A stretch of DNA of 64,000 nt. Source: Convolutriloba macropyga. Its lineage: Eukaryota. Numbering within the stretch: the stretch's first letter is position 1; every line of letters begins with the position of its first letter. Below, piece after piece: positions 1 through 12,487 of the stretch. A program made the position numbers and the translations under genes. The DNA is taken from positions 38,502,001 through 38,566,000 of the forward strand of contig NC_134470.1 of the NCBI RefSeq assembly GCF_964194025.1, written 5' to 3'. Under the pieces are notes generated by a model that saw nothing but the letters and a program-made list of their open reading frames with translations, was not told where the DNA came from and did no database searches.

Positions 1-10
1 CCTATCAGAC

Positions 11-80
11 AGTGTAAGGCCACTTGACTGTTTGTAATATATATATATATATATATATAATAGTCAAGTGACCATACACT
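11..80. repeat. Inverted repeat (20-bp arms) enclosing an (AT)n microsatellite
   Basis: 11-30 agtgtaaggccacttgactg matches the reverse complement of 61-80 at 17/20; (AT)n at ~38-58 lies between the arms. Confidence 0.8.
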
Positions 81-96
81 TTGACTGATCAGTCTG

Positions 97-203
97 CAGC
101 TTCCTACAGAATGCCGTTAGATATCTTTTACACAGCTTCCTACACAATGACGTTAGATATCCTTTAAACAGCTCCCTACATCTTCCCACTCAATGCCGTT
201 AGA
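97..203. repeat. Short degenerate tandem repeat, ~38-bp unit, ~3 copies
   Basis: cagcttcctaca...aatgccgttaga recurs three times, in the probable 3' UTR of the adjacent LINE. Confidence 0.7.
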
Positions 204-299
204 AAGAAAGACTAAATATATAAAGACTCAAAGAAAACTGCCGATGAATTGAATGAAAGAGTTAATGCAAGAAGAAACAGTTTCTTTTTGTAAAACGAA

Positions 300-1950
300 T
301 CATTTGAAAATTGTTATTTTTATAAAGGATTGAATGATCTAAAAATACTGAGGAACTCTGTCCCGTTTGAGTTCACTTTACGTCAGGCATTCAAATCTCT
401 ACGTTTTGTGAAATTGAAGTCGCAGGCCATGTACATGGTTTGGTTCACTGTAGCACTGTTCAAACCATCTCCACATCCATTGGAGAATTTTACTTTTCGT
501 GTCTCTGTTGGTTATCTTGATGAACTTGGGTAATTGGTGTGCTGGTTGTTGAGAGCGCAACCAGAAGTTATGTCCAGCAACAAGGAGCACTGGTCTGTGG
601 CACTCGTACGTACGTTTTGTAGCCGATCGAGTAATAGAGCCGGTATCAAGATACTTCAGATTAACAAAAGAGTAATCGTAGTGACCAAATTGTACTTTTG
701 CGAGAAATAAAATGTCTAGTAACTGTAAATATAATGGTACAGGGAGGATATTTAACTTTAGTAAACGAGAGAAGTCACCTTGTCCAAGGACCAATTTGCA
801 TGATTTTCTCTATATGAACTCGACAATTCTCATCCCTCATCATTATGGAAGTTATCAACCGACGAGTACGTAATAATGGGCAGTATCATGCTCTAGTACA
901 AGTTTAGCTTGGTTCTATAGTGTAAATATAATGGTGTATTGCGCCTGATAATTTAAAGAACCTTTAAGGCTTTTGAGGCTCTTTGCTTCAAATGAGGAAT
1001 CAAACTATTATTGTTGCTAAGGATTACCCCTAGGTCTTTCTCCTGGTTCAAATTTTTTAGACTTCGACCACTAAAGGTAAAACTTTCATTGCTCGTGCTA
1101 CTGATTGATAACTGTGCACATTTGTCTAGATTGAAGCTCATTCTCTTATCAACGCTCCACTGGTAGATGTCTTTCAATTCATCCTGGAAGTTCAATCCGC
1201 TATTTCTAGGAGAAATGAATTTTCCGTCATCGGCAAAGAGAAGAGGTTCAGATAGGCGGAAAATATCAATAATAAATACATTGAATTGTAACGGAGATAT
1301 AGTAGCCCCTTCAGGAACAACACTGCTAGCAATAGAGGAAGATGAAAGACAGTTTTTTTTCCTTGGACACTTTGGGATCGATTTGATAGGTAACATTCGA
1401 GTAGTTTTAAAAGGTTTACTCGAATACCTGTTTGATGCAGTTTTGTTAGAAGTCTTTTCGAAATCGTTGTAAACTATTTGAATTTGTTCTCTGTTGCAAA
1501 TAGCATTGTAGATTTTGTCGAGATATACTACAAAATTCACTGCGGAAGAGCGACATCTTCGAAAACCGAATTGTCTGTTGTTTAGATATTCCTTGCAGTG
1601 GGGATATAAATGGTAAAACAAGAAAATTTAGGACGTTTTCGTCAATGTATAATAATGAAACTGGTCTGTATTTTTCAACGTTAGCTTTATTTCCCTTTGA
1701 AGTGACAGTTATAGTGACAATAGAGAACTTACAAGATGAAGGAAATTTACCCAGTTGCAAAAATTTGCGAATAATTGTATAGATTTACCTTAAGGATGGC
1801 GCACATTTTTGGAAAAGTAGTAGAGGTAACACGTCAGGTCTCATACTTTTACTAACATCTAAGACCTCGAGAGTTTGTGATTCGAGAATCTTATTGATAA
1901 GGCAGATTTGAAGACAAGAATGTTGTGGATTGGATAAGAACAGATAAAAA
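300..1950 (-). mobile_element. Degraded non-LTR retrotransposon ORF2 (reverse transcriptase), CR1/L2/Jockey group, antisense in an FBPase intron
   Basis: Frameshifted pieces: YRPVSLL (1446-1760); QFGFRRCRSS, VPEGATISPLQFNVFI, LFADDGK, FNLDKC, EKDLGV (953-1621); C-terminal LKLNILPVPLYLQLLDILFLAK (399-794). Confidence 0.9.
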
Positions 1951-3854
1951 CAGAAAAAAAAATTAGGCTCATCGTTTATGGTAATGCATATTGATTGAGA
2001 AAGCGGAAGTGTTTGTAGAGCATGCTGCTTGATCTGCTTGCTGCAAGGCTCTCTTCGTGAGTGGTTAGGTCATTTGAAATCTTTTGATTAGCCGTTTCTC
2101 TAAGTCGTTTGACTTTAACGCGAGTTATGGAAAGTTAGCGACAGACAGTATTTAGTTTGATTAGCAAATTGGAAGAGTTTATCCATGAAGCCATGAGGCT
2201 GTGTTTTGTTCGGATCGGTACCGGCTTTTTCATCTTTTCTTCTACCACTTCTACCAATTTTCAATCATAAGATCAATGTTGGTCCAACAGTATGGTAAGA
2301 ATGGATCGTGCCCGATAAAGTCAGAGAAGCAAATAATCATCGTCGCAAAAAAGTAAAATACGCTTATAATACGTAAAAATACGCGGAAGGTGTTTAGTTT
2401 GTTTGATCAGTACTTAAGCTAGAATGGGCTTATAATCAGACCTAAGGTTACCTACTTCAGAGGCATACTGTGAACGCCGACAAAGCTAAACAACTCCTTT
2501 GCAAAGCAGCTCAAAATTTTCTCAGTTTACGCGAATAATTAAATGCGAAAACTGAAGCAGTATTGTTTTTTGCCTTCAACACCTCCGTATCGATTTGAAC
2601 GCTACTTTCAAGTTAATTTGAGATAGTATCAATTCAAAATAGTCATAGTATCGGCCAACGCGATTTTGTTGATTTTGGTATTCGTCGTCACTAGTACCTT
2701 CATTCAACTTCACGCCCAAGTTTTTATCAGATTCGTAGTCGCGACGCGGTGTTTTCAAAGTCAATAGGAAACAGAAGAGAAGTTCTCTCTATTTGAAAAG
2801 AAAAAATTCGAGAGATCACGTGAAATCAGATATGCCTCCAGCAGATATAATCACTCAATTAAGTGTTTCCAAACTTGAAATTCTTTTTGTTAGTTTAAAG
2901 ACATGTGATGGAGAACTGTATACGATTTGGAACATTACAGTGCGAAGAAAATTATCGAACTGAAAATTTAGTTTTCCTGGAAAGATGTAGGGGTTCGTTC
3001 AAAAAAGAGGCATAAAGATGGAATAAACTTCTGAAAATATGCTAATTATTTTTTAACTGAGGCTAAGAGAATGTGTAACTAGCTTCTCATTCCACAGTTT
3101 TAAATAGTTTTGCAAAGACTTCAGGGAGATATTGATTTTTTTGAATTGATGCAAATATTGTTTGTCTTTTTTATATCAAATTTTTCTGCTGAATTTGAAC
3201 CATACGGTTATAGTTTTAAATGAGAAAAGGCCGAGGAAGAAGGTAATGGGAAGTTTTTCATTTAAAAAAGACAAAGACGACTACTGTAATTGCTTCCAAT
3301 TTGACTCGAGAGAGATTGGTAGGGATATCCCTATTAAATGCTCTCCAGTCAATTTTGAAGTAATTATTGTAGTTGGTTGTCTTTTGCGCATTTTTTTTTT
3401 CAATTGACAGCTTATATTCTGGAACATTTTTCCACTTGTTTGAGTGACTTGACTTTAAAGCAACTTTTTCATGCTTGACTTCTCCAGTTTTGCTTGATTA
3501 ACATTGCTCTCATTTGGACTTTAAAGCCGCTAGCTTAATTTGTAGTTTCTACTGAAATTCGAATAAAAGTGCACCGAAATTGGTTCCATTATCACTCAGC
3601 TAGAATACGCCCTAATAAACCATTTGAAGCCCGTGTGAATTATCCTAGTAATTTATTCAAAATACTACTAGGCCCCCGAATAAAATTAAGCCAACGCATG
3701 TCGCTCGAGAGCAATTCATTATTTGACCTCGTGTTTTTTTTTCAGTTTATATATCCATATTTTTGGGCAATTATTTTGGATAGCCACTAATTTAGTTAAT
3801 TATTTTTTTTAATGATTTGAGTTATTGCGTCGCTTTGAAGTTCTTATGTTTTAG

Positions 3855-5048
3855 CCTGATACTAACGAGCCCTTCAAAGAAGAGGATGTTCTTCAATCGG
3901 GAGACAATTTTGTTGCTGCTGGTTATACTTTATACGGAAGTGCCACTATGCTTGTCTTAGCCCTAAAAAATCACGGTGTGCATGGTTTCATGTATGACCC
4001 AGTGAGTAAATTTCCAGTGTTGACAAAATTATTTCTGTGATAAGTTTTTTTGTTTATATGTTGCAATTAGCAAAACGGTACTTAAGCACTTAGGAATTTA
4101 ATTGTTAACGAAACTGTGGCTTGATACTCTGAATTTTGTCCGAAAGCCGTGGGTTGCTGGTAGTTAGTATCTCGTTTTTTGGAAGGTCCTTGAATCACAA
4201 AGAGTAACCGCCAAGGTTTAACCTGTCATTTGTACCTTTTAAGACGATTGGTGAGTTCGTTCTGACGGATCCGGATATGCGTGTCAAAGAGAAAGGCAAG
4301 ATTTACAGCACAAATGAGGGATACTTCAAGTATCTCAGCCCTGGAATCCAGAAATACATCGACGCCAAGAAGTTCCCACAGGTAATTTATAGGAAACTCA
4401 TTATGCAGCATGATTACCTGCACGGCTAATTTTTGGTGTGCCTGAAAGTACTGAATGTATGTAATACATTGCATCAAAGTTGGACCAATGACATCCTCTT
4501 AAAGTTCAACTCAACAGAGAATTACCTCATGAGTGAATTTTTCAGATTTCAGCGTTTGTTTTTGATTACTCCTAAAAAGTTTGAGATTTCGTAAAAAAAA
4601 GTTTGAGCCATTTATAGTTTTGACGTAATTTGCATTTTCTCCAAAAAGCTCCCTTTGGTCAGTATTTCGGAGGGAAACGGTGTGAAAGGTATCTAAAAGT
4701 ATCTAAAAGTTCACTATGATAGCTTTTGCCCTACCCTAGAGTGGAGAACCATATGGTGCGAGGTACATTGGGTCCATGGTGGCAGACATGCACAGAACCA
4801 TCAAGTACGGCGGAATCTTCATGTACCCTGCCAACACCAAGTCCCCAAATGGCAAACTGAGACTACTTTACGAGTGCAACCCAATGGCATTCATTGTGGA
4901 ACAAGCAGGAGGAGCAGCTTCCAATGGAAGTCAAAGAATCTTGGAGATTGAGCCAAAATCCATCCACGAGAGAGCCCCCATCTTCATTGGGTCAAAGAAA
5001 GACGTGGAAGAGGTATTGGAATATATACAGAGACATGACCACAATTGA
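3855..5048 (+). CDS. FBP1: Fructose-1,6-bisphosphatase (class I), last three coding exons; 5' exons not found in the window
   Basis: Exons 3855-4001 ([35 protein letters not shown]...FMYDP), 4244-4381 (TIGEFVLTD...KIYSTNEGY...KKFPQ) and 4740-5048 ([20 protein letters not shown]...[14 protein letters not shown]...TGA). All junctions are phase-0 GT-AG and join in frame; the FBPase signature GKLRLLYE is present. Confidence 0.97.
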
Positions 5049-5368
5049 TTTAAAGTTTGATTATATTGTTGGTTGTATAAGTTGGGTTCCAAAATAGAGC
5101 AAGCTGTCTATTTAGAAGAAGGCACAAAGCCTAAAGGATAAATTGAGAGAAGTGTGTTTGAGAGAATTTTCCTTGAATGATTTATTTTATTGATCATTTG
5201 TCTGGATTTTGCTGTTCAATTTGACTACGTTTATCGGTACAACCTGACAATAAGCTCAACGGTTTGAAAGAAAAAAATTTTTAAAATGTTTCCCTTCTTA
5301 ATCTTAAAATAAGCTGAGAGAGATTGATGCATCTAGTAATCTAATCTAGCTTGCTAAATTTTGGTTTG

Positions 5369-5374
5369 AATAAA
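5369..5374 (+). promoter_or_regulatory. Candidate polyadenylation signal of the FBPase gene
   Basis: AATAAA about 320 nt after the stop, followed by GT/T-rich sequence. Confidence 0.5.
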
Positions 5375-5871
5375 AAGCTCTGATGTTGTTAAGGTGACGT
5401 TTCAAGTATAAGTATACATTAACGTCTTTTGTATTATAGTGTCTTATAGAGTGATATAGTCTTACATAATGAACTGGTTTTTATACTCAATCGGGAAAAG
5501 CCAAATTGGTGATCTGGTTGTCACTTTTATTCTTGCCTTGGTGCTCTGATTTGTAGATCAATATTAGGTGAGATTGTATGTGCCTTATAGATTGTGAACT
5601 AGTCTATTATAAATCTTGTTTTCTATTTCCTGAGAAAACCTTTTGGAGAATTGAACATTTCCGTCATGATAAGTAGCGTGTCGAGGAAGCTGTAGATGTA
5701 AGTTTATTTCCAGACCTACAGAACCCTTTGGCAGATGAGCACTGTTGTTATTCATAGATGTTTTTGCGAGCTGAGGAACTCTTCATAACATCTAAAACTC
5801 AATTTGGATCTCTAACGTAATTTAAGATTTTTTGAATACCTGTTTTTTCGCACAATCTAGCATGCATTAAA

Positions 5872-6137
5872 NNNNNNNNNNNNNNNNNNNNNNNNNNNNN
5901 NNNNNNNNNNNNNNNNNNNNNNNNNNNNNNNNNNNNNNNNNNNNNNNNNNNNNNNNNNNNNNNNNNNNNNNNNNNNNNNNNNNNNNNNNNNNNNNNNNNN
6001 NNNNNNNNNNNNNNNNNNNNNNNNNNNNNNNNNNNNNNNNNNNNNNNNNNNNNNNNNNNNNNNNNNNNNNNNNNNNNNNNNNNNNNNNNNNNNNNNNNNN
6101 NNNNNNNNNNNNNNNNNNNNNNNNNNNNNNNNNNNNN
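5872..6137. other. Assembly gap (266 N)
   Basis: Run of N. Confidence 1.
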
Positions 6138-7930
6138 GAATTATAACGATGCCCACAACCTCTCAAGTGCAGAAAAAACGCTGCAGCAGTTGATCGGGTT
6201 TTTATTTGTTTGCCAATTTGGTGCATCTTTTTTACAGTGATTTACAGTATTTTCACGAGGCATCAGTTCTCCCAAATCCAGTCGTTCTCCAAATTTACTG
6301 CAGCTGGGCCGTCAAAATCTATCCCGAGCATCCGCTGCATGCAGTAAATTGCGCCGCCCCTAATCAATCAAAGCGAGCAATCACTAGTTTAACGAAATTC
6401 ATTAACTTAGCCAGCAGGGGTCAGCTTCCCGAATTCGTTGCTCCTATTCTGTAGTGCAACACTAAGTTGGAAGTTACTAAAAAATTGGAAGTTGGGGTCC
6501 GTCCGATCTCTGTTGGTGAAGTCTTTCGACGTCTTTGCTAAATGCATTTGTCGTGAAGCAGATTCAGAAGCTGAAGAACTATTGGGAAAGACACAAAATA
6601 ATTGGGAGTAGCAATCAAGTTTGGTGCTGAGAGTATAGTACATGCAGCAAACATTTCCTTTGAAAAATTGCGGTAATCAGAAAATGTTGCAGATTGGCTT
6701 CAAAAATGCTTTCAATTCGTTGAAAAGAAGCAATGTCTTGGAAGCAGCTGCTAAATTCTTGGCTAGTGTTGCCCCGTGTTCGACTTTTTGCTACTCAGAA
6801 CACAGTCATTTGCACTTTGACAGCACATGTAAATAGCCCATCGGGAGTACAAAGGAATCCTTTGTGGCCGCTTTCGTTTCCACTGGCAATGTGGCCAATC
6901 ATTATAGAAATTGAAATAAACTTACCATATGTATTACAGCATAATTGGTTTCTGGATGACGGCATCCTTTGTGGTTCCGAGCAACAACTTTGCAGTGCAT
7001 TGAAGTCGTTGACTAATTTGGGTGAAGGCCGCTGTTTAGAGCTGGGAACAAAAAAATGTGACCTCTGGTCGCCCGTTGACTTGAATGTTTCAGATAACTT
7101 TAGATTATAGGGTAATGAGAAATCGCAAAGCATGCTTGAAGTCTGAGGAAAAGAGTCAACAAAATAGAAAAGTTGCTCGGAAACCTTGCTTATCTATCCG
7201 ATCCAGTGTGCACTTGGAATTCTTGGAAGCCGTCTTAGTGCCCAAAATATGGTATTTTCCCTGCGATATGAAGCTCAGTCCAAAGAATCCTCTGTCATTT
7301 TGCAGGATTTTGACAATCTCGAGGAAACAACTCTTGAGAAGTTGTAAGGCACTGTTTTAGCTGACAACGCTTGGAAGCAGGCTTGTCTACCTTTAAGCAA
7401 AACTGGCTTTGTAATTAGACATGCAGTTGACGAATTGAAAGCGGCGTATGTTTGCCCAGTTACGAAGTCAGAGGCTTTTTAGAACGTGTGAAAAAGAACC
7501 TGTGAGAAAATAACGGACAACTAAAACTTCAAAGAAACAGTGGAATAGCTGAACACTGGAAATACCCAGTATACACAACACAAGATTCGGAAGCACTTGA
7601 CGATGCTGCTTTTTCCAACGTTGCCTCAATCAGCTGCTTGGCTTTCTGCAGCTCCAATTCCTAGTCTCAGACTTCACCCTCAGCCGATTGAATTCAGAGT
7701 CGCATTGAAGTAGTGGCTTGGTGTTTCCTTATACATCGATGAACGAAAATGCCCATATTGTCAAAAGGGAACACTGGACAAGCTTTCATGGTCGGGGATA
7801 GAATTTCGTGCCCCGATAGAGTGAGGGATAGATTATTTGCTGCTTGTTGGACTGCGAAAAGAAAATTTTGATTCCGGAGAATAACGCAAGGCCAGAAGAC
7901 ATTCTTCCAACCAGATTGTGGTGTTAATAA
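6138..7930 (+). mobile_element. Degraded CRE-clade (restriction-like endonuclease) non-LTR retrotransposon
   Basis: Across frameshifts: GVRPISVGEVFRRL, LGVAIKFGAESIVHAA, QIGFKNAFNSLKR, SGVQRNPLWPLSFPLA, WFLDDG (RT); then AAWLSAAPIPSL, EFRVALK*WLGV, CPYC, GDRIS.xDRVRD, RPEDILP (zinc knuckle and RLE), typical of CRE-type elements. Confidence 0.8.
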
Positions 7931-8063
7931 TAGGAAGAAATAAAAGAAAAGACTCAATTGCGTGGGTGGCATGGTGATTGATGGGTTCAAACCTGATCAT
8001 AATAAAATTTTCTGAAAATCAACTAAACTTAGATCTGATTTTGACCATGTGTTCTACAACCAA

Positions 8064-8116
8064 GTATATCCCTCTCGAGTATATCCCTCTCGAGTAAGCC
8101 TACATCCCTCTCGAGT
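8064..8116. repeat. Three copies of ta(t/c)atccctctcgag at the junction before the second CRE fragment
   Basis: Read directly from the sequence. Confidence 0.85.
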
Positions 8117-8730
8117 ACAGAAAATGGCTTCAGCAGCTGATCGGTTTTTTTTTGAGTTTGCCAATTTGGTGATATCCTTTTTACAGTGATTTACAGTAAT
8201 TTGACGGAGTATCAGTTCTCCCAAATCCAGTCGTTCTCCAAATTTACTGCAGCCGGGGCGTCAAAATCTATCACGAGCATCTGCTGCATGCAATAAACTG
8301 CGCCGCTCCCAATCAATCAGAGCAAGCAATCACTATTTTTTAACGAAATTTTTTAATTTAGCCAGCAGGGGCCAGGTTCTCGAATTCGTTGCTCCTATTC
8401 TATGTAGTGCAACACTAACTGCACTGAAAAAATTGAAAGTTGGCGTCCGTCCCATCGCTGTTGAAGTCATTCGATGTCTTTGCTAAATGCATAACTCGTG
8501 TAGCAGATTCAGGAGCTGAAGACTATTGGGAGCGACACAAAATAACTGGGAGTAGCAGTCAAGTTTGGTGCTGAGAGTATAGTACATGCAGCAAACATTT
8601 CCTTTGAAAAATTGCAATAATCAGAAAATTCTGGAATATTGCAGATTGGTTTCAAAAATGCTTTCAATTCGTTGAAAAGAAGCAATGTCTTGGAAGCAGC
8701 TGCTAAATTCTTAGCTAGTGTTGCCCCTTG
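8117..8730 (+). mobile_element. Second, shorter copy of the CRE RT region (paralog of ~6170-6776)
   Basis: Near-identical blocks, e.g. cagttctcccaaatccagtcgttctccaaatttactgcagc and LQIGFKNAFNSLKRSNVLEAAAKFLASVAPC. Confidence 0.85.
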
Positions 8731-8884
8731 TATATTAACCAAGTATATTGTCAATTTAAAAACTAATTTCGTCAATTTTAAAAAAAATTATTCGACGGAA
8801 AATGCGCGGGCATTACTTTTATTGGACTGGTAATAAAGATCGATGTCTTTGTGTAGTGGTCTGCAGATCCTATTGGTGAATTGT

Positions 8885-9420
8885 TTGACAGCCGCAAGGC
8901 AATAGCTGAGGCTATTATTGGCATCCTTTTGTTTTTGTCAAGATTTTTGTTACGACCTTATGACGTCACAATTTCTTGACGTCATTTTTCGTGACGTCAT
9001 TTTTCACTCTTAGTGGAGCGAGGTTTTGTTCATTCGCATGATTAAGTTTTTGGTCACACGTGATTTCACTCTCCAAAATGACTTCCTAATCTGAAATTGA
9101 CTTTTGTTTACTTCAATTCAAAGTGATTAGGTTAAGTGAGTGTGTGTCTGACAGAATCAGAATATAGTATCTCAGCATTTAAAAAAAATTCTTTTTTGGT
9201 CAATTTGTGTTTCTCTTTTTGAGACTGCAAATGTACGAAGCTATTGCGGCTATAATCTGGCAATCTGCCGGCTATGTTTGGTGTTTTGCACATAAAAATG
9301 AAATTTTTAATGTGAAAATTGGCGTACAACCTTTGGGCACAGATTTGAAGATTTATATGGGAATGTTCCTGGTGCAATTTTCATTTTAAAGTTTTTGAGA
9401 CATGAAATTTTGTGATGCTC
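8885..9420 (+). mobile_element. Non-autonomous Helentron/DINE-1-like repeat; related copies at ~32560-33420 (-), ~56300-56650 and ~57420-57730
   Basis: Shared motifs ttatgacgtca, ttttggtcacacgtga...ctc(c/t)caaaatgac and gcggcta...ctggcaatctg; head agccgcaaggcaatagctgaggctatt carries short inverted repeats. Confidence 0.55.
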
Positions 9421-9759
9421 AAGGTGATTCCTCACTTATCGATTCTTGGATTTTGGGGGAATTTTAAAATGCATTAGTTTCTCTGGCCAGAAGTTTTACA
9501 TAACTATTTGAGGTTTTCTTTGTTTGATATGACCCGGAAGTTTAATGTTCTTCGGTATTACCCAATTATAAGAATTGGCCTTTTTCCGACTGGTAGTACG
9601 AATTGAGATGAGATTTTTATGACGTGATAACTTCAACTAGATTATTAGTACCTGTGGTCTGTACTCTTGTATTTGTCTGAACACATTTTTCTTCCTGTCA
9701 ACGTACTTTCTGAAAAAAAGCAAATTAAATTTTTTTTGGTTATTTTACATGTTATATTT

Positions 9760-11100
9760 ATAATAGCCGCCCCCATATAAGCTGGCTATTGTTGCGCTTT
9801 TTTTAAAAAAATCAAAGAATTTGAATAGTATTGAGGCGCTCTGTTTTTTGGCGAGGAAAGTAGGTGTGAAAAATTTATCGCTAATCGAGCAAATTTTTTC
9901 GAACACGTTAGGCTTTTCCATGCAGTTTTTGTTTTGAACTCCAATTTAATCAGTCAAAGGTGTTCCTCTCAATCATCTATGATAATAATATCGTGATTGG
10001 AATTATTTTTGATCATCTGAATGAAATATTACACTTTTGGATCCAATTTTCATCTATTTTTACCATTTTGTCTCGTTTTCAGCCTTTTTAAAGCAGTTTT
10101 GTATTCTTTTTCAGTTTTAATGGGAATTGGAGAGTATTATGGTTGAAATTAGGTACTCTAGCAGTCTTAATGGTCTTTCAATTTGATTGATTTGCTTTGA
10201 GTTATGTTTGTTGAAGAAAATATAGTAAATTTACTAATTTTTGACTATTTTTGTATTGAAGTTTTGTCTGTTTCTTCTGATTTTAGGCTTCTGGCTGCAG
10301 TTTTTTTTAGTCAGTTCTTAATTAAAAACTATTATATAGGTGTTTCTGCTAGGAAGTGACACTTGAATGCTAGACATGTCACTTTTCACAAATAAATTGT
10401 ACAAATTTCTAATTTATAAACTGAAAATGATGTACTTAACAACTTTTAGAGAGTAATGATTGGAATATAGAGTTTTGGCGTTTCGTAGGGAAGAGAATAT
10501 TATGATTCTCTTTCGTCCTTGGTTAATTCTTTCATTTTCCTCTTTCTTCATTTTATGAAACTTTTGTTAGATTGTCTCAAATAGTAATATTTTTTGGCAA
10601 ACTACTTGTATCACCATGATTTAATAGTTTTTACCAGAAGTTTGTTTTTGAGTCGCAACGAAAAAAAAAATTATTACGTGCCATTTCAGTTTGCTTTTTT
10701 CGTGTTCTCATGTTATTTTTCCTGCTATTGTTTAAAACGTTTGTATTTGTACTTAAGATGTGCAATAGTTCATTCAGGATGGTCATTATACTTCGAGTTG
10801 TTTCCGGAATTCTTCCGGCTGTGTTTTGAGACAAATTCACATATTTTCTTGATTTTTGAAGTCAAATTGAAGTGATGTTGGTCAAGCCGAAACAAGTGAA
10901 GCGAAAAAGCGAGATATATTTGTTCACTCTAACTTTAAAGTAGAGTGAGAAAACGGCGTTTCAACAAAAACTCACTTTCTTTCTTGTGATTTTTTTACAA
11001 TAAGAACATCAGATGCTTGAAAATCTCAAGAATTCATTGAAAATTTGCGCAAAAAAGTGGCGGAGCCATAAAAACTATGAGCTTTACTCATATACACAAT
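9760..11100 (+). mobile_element. Non-autonomous repeat of the taatagccgc...gctatt family; other copies at 52040-54420 and ~62420-64000
   Basis: Head with inverted repeat aatagc...gctatt in a T-rich site; shared body motifs gaattcttccggct, gccgaa.caag.gaagc, aaagtaga.tgagaaaacgg. Confidence 0.55.
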
Positions 11101-11439
11101 TTTGTTTCATCAAACTTTACTGGAATGTAATGGCACCTCTTAATAATTGCACCTTTAATTGATAAAAGACTTTCTAATGAGTGGGATGAAAAAATTGCAA
11201 ATTTTTTCAAAAAAGACAACCAGAATACAATCCGAATCCCTTTTCATCCTTATTCAAAACTCAACGATGAGACCAAAACTTTCCTTGCTATCGCTGCTCG
11301 GCTGTTAAGAAACCCAATTGTTCTAAAATATTTCCTAATTGGTTTTTGGCAAAGGAAAATCTTAATATAATAAAAATAATTTATGCATTTTTAAATATCC
11401 ATTTAATTTACCGAAAGATCGCAAAAATATTATTTCCAG

Positions 11440-11960
11440 AATTTTTTTAGGAACCGGAGGCACAATTAGCCCATATCTGAGTAACGGAAGATTGTGTCAG
11501 CAGTTTTTATGTCTGCACCATGGGTCAAACTGGGCAAAGTTGGCCAAATATGCATCTTTGACGCCATTTTTTATGAAAAGGCAAAATGCTGAATTTTCAA
11601 AAATTAAGATTAATTTTTTGCCAAAAAATTGAGTTCAGACTTCACCAACTCTCTTTGATCTTTAAAAGTAAAACCAATAATAAAATTGTTAACAATTTTA
11701 TCATATTTTATCAAAAATTGATAAAATGTCAGCAAAAATTACGAAAAATGTAAAAAATCTTAACCTCCGCAACTCCCCCCGAAAAAATGAAAGTTCGGAA
11801 AAATGTTTTTAATTTGAAACTCTGCGCTTGACAAGCTTTCTAATGATACCACTCACAATCCTCTACAATGAATATATCGATCGGCGAAAATTGACTGAAG
11901 AAAAGTAAAACCCAGTTGAGTATATAGTTCCTTCCCCGCTAAAGTGGGTCGGAGCAATTA
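11440..11960 (-). mobile_element. Non-autonomous MITE/HINE-like family; + strand copies at ~42350-42970, 47110-47600, 47625-47900 and 58222-58700
   Basis: Shared core caattttggccgatcgatatattcat.gtagag...gagtggtatcatt.aaaa and head tgtt(c)cgaccc.ctt...gggg. Confidence 0.7.
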
Positions 11961-12487
11961 TTTTAAACTTGTCTTTTCTTCTCTCTTGGCCGTTTTGTTC
12001 TAGAACTTTTTTCGATTTCAATTCTCGATTTGCGTGACCTCAATTGCTCTTATTCGGAGATTAAGTCTCAGTGTAGAGGTCGAGGGTTAGGACCCCTCCT
12101 TGGTAGGAAGTTATTGCGCACATAAGCCGCCTCTGAATTAAATTGTTTGTTTGAGAGCATTTTCTCAACATTAGTTGCTTGGTTTATTTTTTTTTGCTGT
12201 GAGATAGTTGATTAGCGGTTTTCTAAATTCAAACCTGTGAATCTACCATCTTGTTATATTGTTTTCTTTTCTTTATGGGCCTCGATACATTCTATTGCCT
12301 TGAGAAAGTATATTTATTTGTTGTATTTCATCGATCGTATATCTGAACCTTGCAATTTTCCACTGGCGATGAGTGTACTTTTGTCCTGGCTTTGTGGACT
12401 GGCTGAGTTAGTAAAAAGTAAGTAAATTTCACTAAGCTTTTCAGGTAACCTGTGACATCTCAATTGTATTTGATTAATTTGTTGAAA

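Noticed and set aside
5857-6226. ORFs spanning the gap
   Set aside because: Artefacts of the N run.
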